Source: an uncultured Actinomycetes bacterium (GTDB taxonomy: Bacteria; Actinomycetota; Coriobacteriia; Anaerosomatales; CAVRZR01). From it: a stretch of DNA of 64,000 bases. The notes beneath the pieces are model-generated. The model did not search any database and was not told the DNA's origin. It worked only from the letters and a program-made list of their open reading frames with translations. Position 1 is the first letter of the stretch. Every line of letters starts with the position of its first letter. The stretch covers positions 617,354-681,353 of the forward strand of contig CAWEJW010000001.1 in NCBI GenBank assembly GCA_963809535.1, read 5' to 3'. A program made the position numbers and the translations under genes. Positions 38,265 to 47,410 of this stretch are shown here, piece after piece.

Positions 38265-40982
38265 GTGAGTCGCATGGGACCGGCGCTATTTGGACGCCAC
38301 TGGGTCGTCGCGGTCTTTCTTCTAGCTGCGGCGGTCTTGGCGTTGGCGCCTTTCGCTGTCGCGGGCGTGTCAGATGTGCCAGCTGACCTCCACGCGGCTG
38401 CGGGCGCGAAGTCGCCCATCGTGGTGAGTCTGTCTTGGGCCGCCCCATCTGGGTCCTCGGTTTCCGGATACCGCGTGTACGTGGCGGAACACGAAGACGG
38501 CCCGTATGATCTGGCGACATCAACGCCCGGCTACTCGTTTGACTACGTTGAAGGGGAATCCGGGTGGCCCTACTACTTCCTAGTCACTTCGGTTGACGCC
38601 GACGGCGTGGAGTCCGCCGCAGCCCAGGCTGGTCCAGTCGCGTCCAAGTGGATCGAGTCGCCACATGGCGCCTTCTCGGAAACCAGCCACAACTGCGAGC
38701 ATTGTCATTCGGTTCACGACGCGGACGGCAATCTTCTGCTCGATATTCTGAGGACGGATGAGGCGTCCGACACCCCAGACCAGTCCAGGGCCTGTTTCCG
38801 ATGTCATGGAGGGCAGTCAGCCGATTCGGCGAACGTCGAGGACGGCTCTCGCGACTCCTTCGCGCTTGCCAGCGGGCATTCCGTCGATGCTTCAGCAAAT
38901 GCCGGCTTGATCAGCGCGTGCTCGAGCTGCCATTGGGTTCACGGCGACTCCGAGGTTCGCCCGATGATCCCAGCATTGACGGTCAATGGACTCTCGGTAG
39001 CATCCAGCGGGCCCGAGCTGTGTTACGCGTGCCACGACGCAAAGAACACTTGGTACGACGGCAACTACCCCTCGCCATCGTCCCCTCCGCGAGACGCCTC
39101 AGGGTACCCGGTGAGCGGAACCTGGATGGGCCCGGCGACCTACAAGGGTGGGTCCAACGCGCACCGGCTCATTCCTGAGACGACGCAGACTGCGGGGTTT
39201 GTGGCGCCCGTCCGTCGTGCGCAGGGAGACTGCCTGTACTGCCACGCGGCCCACAGGGGCTCGAACAAGTACGACTCCCTCTTGACGACCTTCACCCCGT
39301 CGACCACGTCATCGCTGGCCTCGGATCAGAGGCACGGCACCTACGCGGCGCTATGTCTCGACTGTCACGGTGGATCCGTGCCGAGCGGCTTCGAGACGGC
39401 GCCGACGGATATCGCGCAGTTCGTCACCACGTCGACAGCAGACGCCACGTCGGGCCATCGAATCAAGACAGCCGGCGGGACCCTCCCCGTAGGGGCGCCG
39501 CTGCCCTGCTATGAGTGTCACAACCCCCACGGATCGACTCGCGGGAATGCGAGCATGCTCTCCGATGTCGTGGGCGGGAGTCTTGAGACGAGTAGCGACG
39601 CCGGAGTGCGGCATTTCTGCTTCAGCTGCCATACGACCTCCGACACGGTTCGCGGGTGGGACAGCGATGAGTCGATCTTCTCTCCGGTCGGAGAAACCGA
39701 CTCCGTTGTCGGGATTGCGCGGACCGGAGGCGTGCTTCGGCTGCCGCCTCTGGCGGCTCACTCCCAGGCGAGTGCCACTTCGTGCTATGCGTGTCATGGC
39801 TCCGACTATCGCACCGGCGGCAGCAATGTCCACAACCCGGGTCTTGGCGGCTACGACCCCGAGGCGCACACCTCGACGGTAACCACCGCGACGATCACGA
39901 TCCTCGGGACGCCTTACACGGACCGCGCATGCGCAGACTGCCATGTTCTCGAGCTGGGCCCGCTCCACATGCCTCCAGCCGACTGCGCAGACTGCCACGA
40001 CACGCTCGTGCCGATCCCCGGCGGCTGGGACAAGGGCTGCGTCCAGGCAGGTTGTCATCCGGCAGGCTCACCGCTCGAGATCCATGTCGACATCGACGCC
40101 TCACACATGCGCTCGGCGGAGCCTACGGCCGCCGACACCTGCTTCGTCTCCGAGTGCCACACGGGCGGTGGTAGCCTCGCGGACATCCACGCGAACAAGC
40201 AGAGCTGCGACACGTGCCACAGCTTGGACAGAGCGCCGACCGGCAACTGCGAAGCGAGCGGCTGCCATGATTTGGGCAAACCACACGAAGATCTGACGAT
40301 CGCCCACACGTCGAGCGGTGGCACCGACTTCGTCTCGGTCGGGATCCAGGACAGGCGCCACGGCTACTACGACGGCGTGACCGCAAACTGCTCGGATTGC
40401 CACATCACAAGCCTGATCCCGCTGCACTCGGGCGATTGTCAGACGTGCCACACGAGCTCCGTGAGCGAAGCCGTCAAGGACGCTATCGCGAACGACGACA
40501 CGAACTGCACGTCGTGCCACCCGGGCCACCACAGCGGAGATATCGACGCTCACTACAGCGTGGTCAGCGACGGCTGCCACAAGTGCCACAACGCGGATCC
40601 CTATGTGGACTCGTCCAACGTCACCTGCACGGGATGCCACACGCCACCCAACAGGGAGACGTTCGTCAACCCTGAGCGCATCACTGGGACCATCCGCCTT
40701 GTCTTTGGCGACTGCGATGTGAGTGGCAGCGCTCCGCCTGAGCATTCATATGCCGTGTGGACGGTGCGGAGTGGCGGGGCAGACGGGCCGGTTGTGGCTT
40801 CTGGCGGGGGCTTCGACGGCAGCGGGTGGGATGGCATCGATGATGTCATGGTCTTCGCACAGCCACAGCCATATCACGTCTACATCGAGTGGTACGACAG
40901 GGAGTCGGACAACTCGGGGGAGAGCTTCTTCTCTCAGGTAGACGTGACCACGTCAGGCCAGCTCGCAACGTTGCACTACTAG
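38265..40982 (+). CDS. large exported multihaem c-type cytochrome with N-terminal FN3-like domain (17 CxxCH + 3 CX4CH; 905 aa)
   Basis: Signal/anchor HWVVAVFLLAAAVLALAPFAVAG. FN3-like segment (SLSWAAPSGSSVSGYRVYV...YYFLVTSVDADGVES). Then 17 CxxCH motifs plus CVQAGCH, CFVSECH and CEASGCH, and a haem-free beta-rich C-terminal ~100 aa. Confidence 0.85.
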   Translation: MSRMGPALFGRHWVVAVFLLAAAVLALAPFAVAGVSDVPADLHAAAGAKSPIVVSLSWAAPSGSSVSGYRVYVAEHEDGPYDLATSTPGYSFDYVEGESGWPYYFLVTSVDADGVESAAAQAGPVASKWIESPHGAFSETSHNCEHCHSVHDADGNLLLDILRTDEASDTPDQSRACFRCHGGQSADSANVEDGSRDSFALASGHSVDASANAGLISACSSCHWVHGDSEVRPMIPALTVNGLSVASSGPELCYACHDAKNTWYDGNYPSPSSPPRDASGYPVSGTWMGPATYKGGSNAHRLIPETTQTAGFVAPVRRAQGDCLYCHAAHRGSNKYDSLLTTFTPSTTSSLASDQRHGTYAALCLDCHGGSVPSGFETAPTDIAQFVTTSTADATSGHRIKTAGGTLPVGAPLPCYECHNPHGSTRGNASMLSDVVGGSLETSSDAGVRHFCFSCHTTSDTVRGWDSDESIFSPVGETDSVVGIARTGGVLRLPPLAAHSQASATSCYACHGSDYRTGGSNVHNPGLGGYDPEAHTSTVTTATITILGTPYTDRACADCHVLELGPLHMPPADCADCHDTLVPIPGGWDKGCVQAGCHPAGSPLEIHVDIDASHMRSAEPTAADTCFVSECHTGGGSLADIHANKQSCDTCHSLDRAPTGNCEASGCHDLGKPHEDLTIAHTSSGGTDFVSVGIQDRRHGYYDGVTANCSDCHITSLIPLHSGDCQTCHTSSVSEAVKDAIANDDTNCTSCHPGHHSGDIDAHYSVVSDGCHKCHNADPYVDSSNVTCTGCHTPPNRETFVNPERITGTIRLVFGDCDVSGSAPPEHSYAVWTVRSGGADGPVVASGGGFDGSGWDGIDDVMVFAQPQPYHVYIEWYDRESDNSGESFFSQVDVTTSGQLATLHY

Positions 40983-41143
40983 CTGGCGCGCCGGGCGGAC
41001 AGTCAACTCCGGTACACCTTGCTCGCTTCGCGGGTTGCCTTCCGGATGCGCTGCAGTGCATCCGAGGTATCAGCTCTCAACACTGCCTTTGCTTCGGTGC
41101 GCTAGAGTATGAAACCGCATCGAGCCCTGGATCGGGAGTGTGG

Positions 41144-42424
41144 ATGGACGCTCGCGCACCCAAAGGCACCACCGACTTGCTCCCCGATGTCGCTCGCGCT
41201 TGGGAGTACATGGTGCGCGTCGCGCAGGACCTCTTCGCGCGCTACGGATACGAGCCGATCTACTCGCCGCTCTTTGAGCACACCGACGTGTTCACTCGCG
41301 GCATCGGTGAAGCGACCGATATCGTGACCAAGGAAATGTACACGTTCGACGATCGAGCCGGTCGTAGCCTCACACTGCGTCCCGAGGGCACCGCGAGCAT
41401 CGTTCGAGCGGCGCTCGAGCACACGCTCGTGCCGCAGGGCTCATTCGCGAAGCTCTACTACGCCGGGCCCATGTTCCGCTACGAACGCCCTCAGAAGGGG
41501 CGGATGCGTCAGTTCTGGCAGATCGGCGTCGAGGTTCTCGGGGCGGCCGAATCAAGCGCCGATGCGGAGATCATCGCGGTCCTCGTTCGCTACTTCGAGG
41601 CCTTGTCGATCCCGCGTGCGCGGATGCGGCTTCTCCTCAACTCCATGGGAGATGAGGTCTGCAGGCCCTCCTACCGCGAGACGGTGGCTACCTACATCCG
41701 CGCCCACTCCGCTGACCTGTGTGCAGAGTGCAACCGCCGTGCAGGAACGAATCCCTTGCGCGCGTTCGACTGCAAGGTCCCTGGCTGCCAAGAAGTCATG
41801 TCCGACGCACCGCTCCTGCGAGATTGCCTGTGTTCTGAATGTGCGGAGCACTATGTGGAGGTCAAGCGCTACCTGGATGACCTCGGCATCGCCTACGAGG
41901 AGGATCCGAGGCTCGTGCGGGGCTTGGACTACTACACGCGCACCGTGTTCGAGATCCAGGCGGAGGGTCTGGGGTCGCAGAACGCGATCGGCGGGGGAGG
42001 ACGCTACGACCGGCTCATGGAGGAGTACGGAGGCCCGGCGACGCCGGGACTGGGATGGGCTCTGGGCTTCGAGCGCACACTGCTGGCTCTGCAGGCCGCC
42101 GGCGTCGCGATCCCTGCGCCACCACGTGCAGACGTCTACGTTGCGTGCGCCGACCCCTTGTTGAGAGAGACGGTCTTCCGCTTGACACAGGACTTGCGCG
42201 ACGCTGGCATCTCAGCCGAGATGGATCACCAGGCTCGCAGCTTGAAGGGGCAGCTCAAACAGGCTGACAGACTGTCGGCGCCTCACGTGCTCATCGTCGG
42301 TCCCGAGGAACTCGCAGACGGGGAGGTCACGCTGCGCGACATGCGCACCAAGGGCCAGACGCGCGTGCGAGTCGCGGACGTGGTCGTTCATATGCGCTCG
42401 TTGCTCGACGGAGAACCTGACTGA
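41144..42424 (+). CDS. hisS: histidine--tRNA ligase
   Basis: Motifs PKGT.D.LP, Y.GPMFRYERPQKGR.RQF.Q.G.E, GGGRYD and an anticodon-binding C-terminus. TAGAGT at 41103-08 and GGGAG SD upstream. Confidence 0.95.
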   Translation: MDARAPKGTTDLLPDVARAWEYMVRVAQDLFARYGYEPIYSPLFEHTDVFTRGIGEATDIVTKEMYTFDDRAGRSLTLRPEGTASIVRAALEHTLVPQGSFAKLYYAGPMFRYERPQKGRMRQFWQIGVEVLGAAESSADAEIIAVLVRYFEALSIPRARMRLLLNSMGDEVCRPSYRETVATYIRAHSADLCAECNRRAGTNPLRAFDCKVPGCQEVMSDAPLLRDCLCSECAEHYVEVKRYLDDLGIAYEEDPRLVRGLDYYTRTVFEIQAEGLGSQNAIGGGGRYDRLMEEYGGPATPGLGWALGFERTLLALQAAGVAIPAPPRADVYVACADPLLRETVFRLTQDLRDAGISAEMDHQARSLKGQLKQADRLSAPHVLIVGPEELADGEVTLRDMRTKGQTRVRVADVVVHMRSLLDGEPD

Positions 42425-42470
42425 TCACTCGGCGGGCAAAGCCCTCCGATCCCGAAGAAAGGCCGCACCG

Positions 42471-44240
42471 ATGTTCGATGCCCGATACTCGACACGTACT
42501 CACGTCGCAGGTGCGCTTCGTGCCGCTGACGTGGGGGAATTGGTGACGCTCGCCGGGTGGGTGGCGAAGCGCCGCGACCACGGCGGGCTCATCTTCGTTG
42601 ATCTCAGGGATCGCAGCGGGATCGTTCAGTGCACGTTCGATCCCGGCACCGGCTCCGATGCCTTCGCGCTGGCAGAGCGCGTTCGACCCGAGTGGGTCAT
42701 CGAGCTGTCCGGCACCATGCGTCATCGACCCGAGGGCACCGAGAATCCCGCGATGCCGACTGGCGAGGTCGAGGTCGCGGTGGCGTCGATGCGCGTTCTC
42801 AACACGAGTGAGACGCCGCCGTTTGAGATTGAGGCCGGAATCGACACGGATGAGCTCACGCGTATGCGTTGGCGCTATCTCGACATCCGACGCCCGGAGG
42901 TCCTCTGGGCGCTCGAGTTGCGCGACCGCGTCACGCAGCGCTTCCGACGTTCGCTTGGCGACCGCGGCTTCATGGAGGTCGAAACGCCCATCCTCACGAA
43001 GTCGACGCCGGAAGGCGCGCGCGACTTCGTGGTGCCGAGCCGCATGAGCCCGGGCAAGTTCTATGCGCTTCCGCAGTCGCCGCAACTGTTCAAGCAGTTG
43101 CTCATGGTCGCGGGGGTGGAACGCTACTACCAGATCGCGCGCTGTTTTCGAGACGAGGACCTGCGCGCTGACCGCCAGCCTGAGTTCACGCAGGTTGACA
43201 TCGAGATGTCGTTCGCGACCCAGGGCGACATCCTTGCCATGATGGAAGACGTCATGGCCGAGGTGCTCGCCGAGGCGGACCTCCATATGGGCACGCCGCT
43301 GCGGCGGATGACCTACGCCGAGGCGATGGATCGGTACGGCTCGGACCGGCCCGACACCCGCCTCGGAATGGAGCTCGTCGACGCGAGCGAGGTATTCTCG
43401 GCGAGTGACTTCAAGGTCTTCGCCTCCGCGCTCGGTTCGGATGGCGTCATCAAAGGACTCAATGCCCGTGGGGCCGGCGACTTCGCGCGCAGCCACATCG
43501 ACTCGATGAACCAGGTCGCGATCGACGCCGGCGCGAAAGGGCTCGCGTGGGTAGCGTTCCCGACAGACGGGGATGTGCGCTCGCCGATCGCCAAGTTCTT
43601 CAGTGACGCCGAAATGGCCGCTCTGCGTGAAGCCTTTGCCGTAGAGCCCGGTGATCTCGTGCTCATGATCGCTGATGCCCGCGACATCGCGAACGAGGTG
43701 CTCGGGGTTCTTCGTTTGAGGATGGCCGACGAGCTCGGCATCGAGCGCACGGGGCTCGACGCTCTCTGGGTCGTCGACTTCCCGATGTTCAAGTGGGATG
43801 CCGAGGAAGAGCGCTACGCCGTCAACCACCACCCCTTCACTCAGCCGTTCGCCGAGCACGTGGATCTGATCGAGTCGGCGCCGCTCGAGGTGCTCTCGCA
43901 CAGCTACGACTTCATCGTGAACGGCTACGAGATCGCTGGCGGGACGCTGCGTATCCACGATCCTGCAGTCCAGCGTCGCGTCCTCGCGCGACTCGGACAC
44001 TCATCTGAGGAGGCCGAGGAGAAGTTCGGCTTCCTGCTGGAAGCACTGGGCATGGGGGCTCCTCCGCACGGGGGCATCGCTCTGGGTCTCGATCGCCTCG
44101 TCATGCTGATGGCTAACGCGGCCTCGATTCGCGACGTCATTGCCTTCCCGAAGACGTCCTCCGGCGCTGATCCGATGACGGGAGCGCCGGAGAGCATCTC
44201 GCCGAGGCAGCTCAAGGAAGTCCACCTGCGAGCCGATTGA
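42471..44240 (+). CDS. aspS: aspartate--tRNA ligase
   Basis: Motifs GWV...RDHGGLIFVDLRDR.G, FRDEDLRADRQPEFTQ.D.E, GGS.RI and PPHGG.A.G.DR. Confidence 0.95.
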   Translation: MFDARYSTRTHVAGALRAADVGELVTLAGWVAKRRDHGGLIFVDLRDRSGIVQCTFDPGTGSDAFALAERVRPEWVIELSGTMRHRPEGTENPAMPTGEVEVAVASMRVLNTSETPPFEIEAGIDTDELTRMRWRYLDIRRPEVLWALELRDRVTQRFRRSLGDRGFMEVETPILTKSTPEGARDFVVPSRMSPGKFYALPQSPQLFKQLLMVAGVERYYQIARCFRDEDLRADRQPEFTQVDIEMSFATQGDILAMMEDVMAEVLAEADLHMGTPLRRMTYAEAMDRYGSDRPDTRLGMELVDASEVFSASDFKVFASALGSDGVIKGLNARGAGDFARSHIDSMNQVAIDAGAKGLAWVAFPTDGDVRSPIAKFFSDAEMAALREAFAVEPGDLVLMIADARDIANEVLGVLRLRMADELGIERTGLDALWVVDFPMFKWDAEEERYAVNHHPFTQPFAEHVDLIESAPLEVLSHSYDFIVNGYEIAGGTLRIHDPAVQRRVLARLGHSSEEAEEKFGFLLEALGMGAPPHGGIALGLDRLVMLMANAASIRDVIAFPKTSSGADPMTGAPESISPRQLKEVHLRAD

Positions 44241-44538
44241 TGCGGTAGCGACCGCGGGTGCGGCCAGCGCCCGTGGCGTGGCCCCTGCGTCGTGTGCGTT
44301 GTGGGGGTCAGAAAGAGAGGGTAGACTCAAGACAGGCTTCGCCTTGCTGGTGACTCCGGCACATACGGTCGAACCAACACTTCTGACACGGGAGCCTCAT
44401 CATCCCGCGGTGGACAGGTATCCCGGCGACGGGAAGCTGGAAGCCGATGGTGCGGGCACCCACCTGCCGAGGCAGGTTCACCGCGTCGGGGACACAGCAA
44501 GGCGAGGCACACCTGTTCACAGCAGTGGAGGCAGCAGA

Positions 44539-45162
44539 ATGCGCAGCAGATTCGTAGCAGTGGCCCTGGTACTCGCCATTGGCCTGGCAACGTTCCTTCT
44601 CGTCGGCTGCGGTGGCAGCAACGCAGAGGAGCCGGCGACCACCGACACGACCGCGCAGACGGCCGTCACGCCAGCAGCTCCCGCGAGTGCGGCAGTCGCT
44701 CCCGTGGTGGATCGCTCTCCTGCGGAGGAGGTCGTCTACGAGCCATTCCCGACAGATCCTCAGATCACCCCCAAGCCGGTACTCCAGCTCCTCGAGGCGA
44801 AGCAGCCGATGATCGTCTACTTCTATGACACGACCCAGAAGACGTCGAATGACGAGAAGGAAGGCGTCGACGGGGAGGGTGGTCTGGACTTGATCATGTC
44901 CGACTACCGTGGCGCGATCGATCTCGTGTCTTTTGACGTGGGCAAGTTCGTGAAGACCAGCTCCACTGGCAAGATCACTGTCGACCCCGCCTTTTCCGAC
45001 AGCGCGTCGGGCAAACAGACCGCGTCTCTGGCTGCCGAACTCGGTGTCGACTTCACGCCCTATGTCGTCATTGTGGATGGCGACGGCTACATCATCGCGC
45101 GGTTCCGAGGCTGGGAAGACACCGAGAACATCGAGCGCGAGGTTCTGCGCGCCACCAGCTAG
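44539..45162 (+). CDS. lipoprotein, possibly thioredoxin-fold
   Basis: GGAGG SD before the internal ATG. Lipobox LLVGCGG, an Ala/Pro/Thr linker, then a domain ending ...TPYVVIVDGDGYIIARFRGW. Confidence 0.6.
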   Translation: MRSRFVAVALVLAIGLATFLLVGCGGSNAEEPATTDTTAQTAVTPAAPASAAVAPVVDRSPAEEVVYEPFPTDPQITPKPVLQLLEAKQPMIVYFYDTTQKTSNDEKEGVDGEGGLDLIMSDYRGAIDLVSFDVGKFVKTSSTGKITVDPAFSDSASGKQTASLAAELGVDFTPYVVIVDGDGYIIARFRGWEDTENIEREVLRATS

Positions 45163-45168
45163 GGGACG

Positions 45169-46557
45169 ATGGATAGCCTTTTCGACGAGCAAGCTGACGC
45201 CGCGCGCGCAGCGGTTGCCCCGCTTGCGGTGCGGATGCGTCCCCGCAACCTTGCGGAGTTTGTCGGTCAGTCCGATGTCGTCGGGCCGGGGACCTGGCTT
45301 CGGCGGGCCATCGAAGCGGACTCGCTTTCATCTCTGATCCTCTACGGCCCCGCGGGCACAGGCAAGACCAGCCTTGCCCGGGTCATCGCTGCGGAGACGA
45401 CCGCGCACTTCGAGGAGGTCTCAGCTGTCTCATCCGGAGTCGCGGAACTGCGCAAGGCCATCGACGCGGCCAGCGATCGCCTGGCCCTCTCGGGCAAGCG
45501 CACGATACTCTTCGTCGACGAGATCCATCGGTTCTCCAAGTCGCAGCAGGATGCCTTGCTTCACGCCGTGGAGGACAAGCTCATCGTGCTCATCGGTGCG
45601 ACGACCGAGAACCCGTTCTTCGAGGTCAACGCACCCCTCATCAGCCGCTCTCGCATCATCGTGCTTGAACCCCTCTCCGACCCCGAGATCCTCGCGATCA
45701 TCGAGCGGGCGCTTACCGACGATCGCGGCTTTGGTGGCCGTGTCTCGGTCGATCCCGATGCGCTGGACGTCGTCGTGCTCACAGCGGGCGGTGACGCCCG
45801 GGTGGCCCTAACGACGCTGGAGATCGGCGCGACGCTCGCGCCCGAGGACGCGGCAAGCGTGCGCCATGTGCGTCTCGAGCACGTGCGCGAGGCCACGCGC
45901 ACGCGGCAGCTCCCATACGACAAGACCGGGGATGTGCATTACGACGTGATCTCGGCGTTCATCAAGTCGATGCGGGGCAGCGATCCTGACGCGGCGGTCT
46001 ACTGGCTGGCACGGATGATAGAAGGGGGAGAGGACCCGAAGTTCATCGCGCGTCGCATCCTCATCTTCGCGTCAGAAGACGTCGGGAACGCGGACCCGCA
46101 GGCGCTCCTCGTGGCTCACGCAGCATTCAAGGCTGCTGAGTCGATCGGGTGGCCCGAGTGCCGCATCAATCTGTCCCAGGCTGCCGTCTACATGGCGCTT
46201 GCGCCAAAGAGCAACGCTTCGTATCGCGCGATCGACTCCGCCCTGAGCGAGGTGCGAAAAGGCCCCGCCCGGGGCGTGCCGAATCACCTGAGGGACCGAC
46301 ACCGCCCGGGTGCGGATGAGTACGGGGACTACCTCTACCCCCACAGCTACCCCGGAGCCCACGTGGAACAGCAGTACCTTCCGGACGGCATCGACCGTGG
46401 TGCATTCTGGAGCCCCTCAGAGAGGGGATGGGAGGCCGAGCGGACGGTGACGATGAGCGGGCCCAATGGCGCGCCCACGGGCCCGAAGACGGCTGGTTCG
46501 ACGCACGACCATGCGGATGGCGGCGAGGCTCTCGGCGAGGGCGCCAAGCAGCGGTAA
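45169..46557 (+). CDS. rarA: replication-associated recombination protein A (MgsA/RarA AAA+ ATPase)
   Basis: Motifs PLA.RMRP..L.EFVGQ, GPAGTGKTSLA, FVDEIHRF.K.QQD, HYD.ISAF.KS.RGSDPDAA.YWL and YLYPH. Confidence 0.9.
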   Translation: MDSLFDEQADAARAAVAPLAVRMRPRNLAEFVGQSDVVGPGTWLRRAIEADSLSSLILYGPAGTGKTSLARVIAAETTAHFEEVSAVSSGVAELRKAIDAASDRLALSGKRTILFVDEIHRFSKSQQDALLHAVEDKLIVLIGATTENPFFEVNAPLISRSRIIVLEPLSDPEILAIIERALTDDRGFGGRVSVDPDALDVVVLTAGGDARVALTTLEIGATLAPEDAASVRHVRLEHVREATRTRQLPYDKTGDVHYDVISAFIKSMRGSDPDAAVYWLARMIEGGEDPKFIARRILIFASEDVGNADPQALLVAHAAFKAAESIGWPECRINLSQAAVYMALAPKSNASYRAIDSALSEVRKGPARGVPNHLRDRHRPGADEYGDYLYPHSYPGAHVEQQYLPDGIDRGAFWSPSERGWEAERTVTMSGPNGAPTGPKTAGSTHDHADGGEALGEGAKQR

Positions 46558-46614
46558 CGCGCTGATCCTCTGCTACACTGGTCGCGACGAAACGGGCGGC
46601 TCAAAGGACACGTC

Positions 46615-46971
46615 GTGACCCCGGCCCTGACCGTGGTTCTCCTGCTCAGCGGCATCGCACTATGTGCGACGGGCATATGGGCCCTGGTACGCGTCGGACT
46701 CGCGTCGAAGTCCGTGCAGCTTCTCGCGGACGACCTCGAGGAGCGCATCATCCCTCTCGCCGAGAAGGCCGACGTGACGGTCGACGCCATGAACGCCGAG
46801 CTGCTGCGGGCCGACATGATCATCACGCAGGTCGAGGACGTGTCCGAGCGGGTCTCCTCCGCATCAAGCGCCGTCGCCACGATCGTGAGCGCGCCCATGG
46901 GAGCGGTGAGCGGCCTGAGCGAGCGACTGCGCAGGGCGATATCTTCGGGTAAGAAGGCGCGCGAGCAGTAG
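46615..46971 (+). CDS. DUF948-like membrane-anchored coiled-coil protein
   Basis: An N-terminal TM helix followed by a helical region with the layout typical of DUF948. Confidence 0.6.
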   Translation: MTPALTVVLLLSGIALCATGIWALVRVGLASKSVQLLADDLEERIIPLAEKADVTVDAMNAELLRADMIITQVEDVSERVSSASSAVATIVSAPMGAVSGLSERLRRAISSGKKAREQ

Positions 46972-47008
46972 TATGGCGGCCGCAGAACGGCCCCTATCGG
47001 AGGCAATC

Positions 47009-47410
47009 ATGTCTACAGACCACATCACGCTGACCGTGCCGGCGAAGGACGAATACGCCAAGACCGCGCGCATGACGGCAGCGGCCCTCGTCAGCCGCAT
47101 GGACATCCCGTACGACGATCTGGACGACGTGAAGACGGCCACAGAGGAGGCCTTCATCTACGCGTGCGACGCCGAACCCGCTTCCGGAGAGGTCACGCTG
47201 CATTTCTACGTCGATGACGAGTCACTGCGGATCGAGGTGCCTATCGCCCCGGGCTCGCGGACGTGGAGCGAGGATGCGGACAGACGCAGCGCTCTTGCGA
47301 CCTTCATCCTGCAGGGAGTCTGCGACACCTACGAGATGTCTTCCGACGAGTCGGGCGCATGGCTCCGCCTGTCCAAGCGTTTCGGCCCGGTGAGCGTGGA
47401 TGCCGGCTAG
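47009..47410 (+). CDS. putative anti-sigma regulatory factor (RsbW/SpoIIAB-like fold, degenerate)
   Basis: GGAGG SD. Size and position (directly upstream of and overlapping the SigB/F-type sigma gene) fit, as does the pattern L.VPA..EY....R......V......P.DDLDD.K.A..EA. No clear ATP-binding N/G boxes. Confidence 0.45.
   Translation: MSTDHITLTVPAKDEYAKTARMTAAALVSRMDIPYDDLDDVKTATEEAFIYACDAEPASGEVTLHFYVDDESLRIEVPIAPGSRTWSEDADRRSALATFILQGVCDTYEMSSDESGAWLRLSKRFGPVSVDAG

Noticed and set aside
37954-38523. 189-aa minus-strand ORF across the divergent promoter region and the start of the 20-haem gene
   Set aside because: The product is Pro/Arg-rich junk and overlaps the signal peptide and FN3 coding region on the other strand.
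41043-41064. Hairpin CGGATGC-8 nt-GCATCCG after the 20-haem gene as a terminator
   Set aside because: The stem is short and no T tract follows, so it is not reported as a feature.
42327-44000. 557-aa minus-strand ORF
   Set aside because: Antisense to aspS, whose class II aaRS motifs are clear on the plus strand. The composition is typical of a shadow frame.
44241-44538. ~300-bp gap (TAGACT hexamer at 44322-27, then a ~200-nt leader) upstream of a lipoprotein gene; considered as a riboswitch
   Set aside because: Only short hairpins are visible (e.g. CCTGCC-GA-GGCAGG) and no known riboswitch core was recognised. The evidence is too weak to call.
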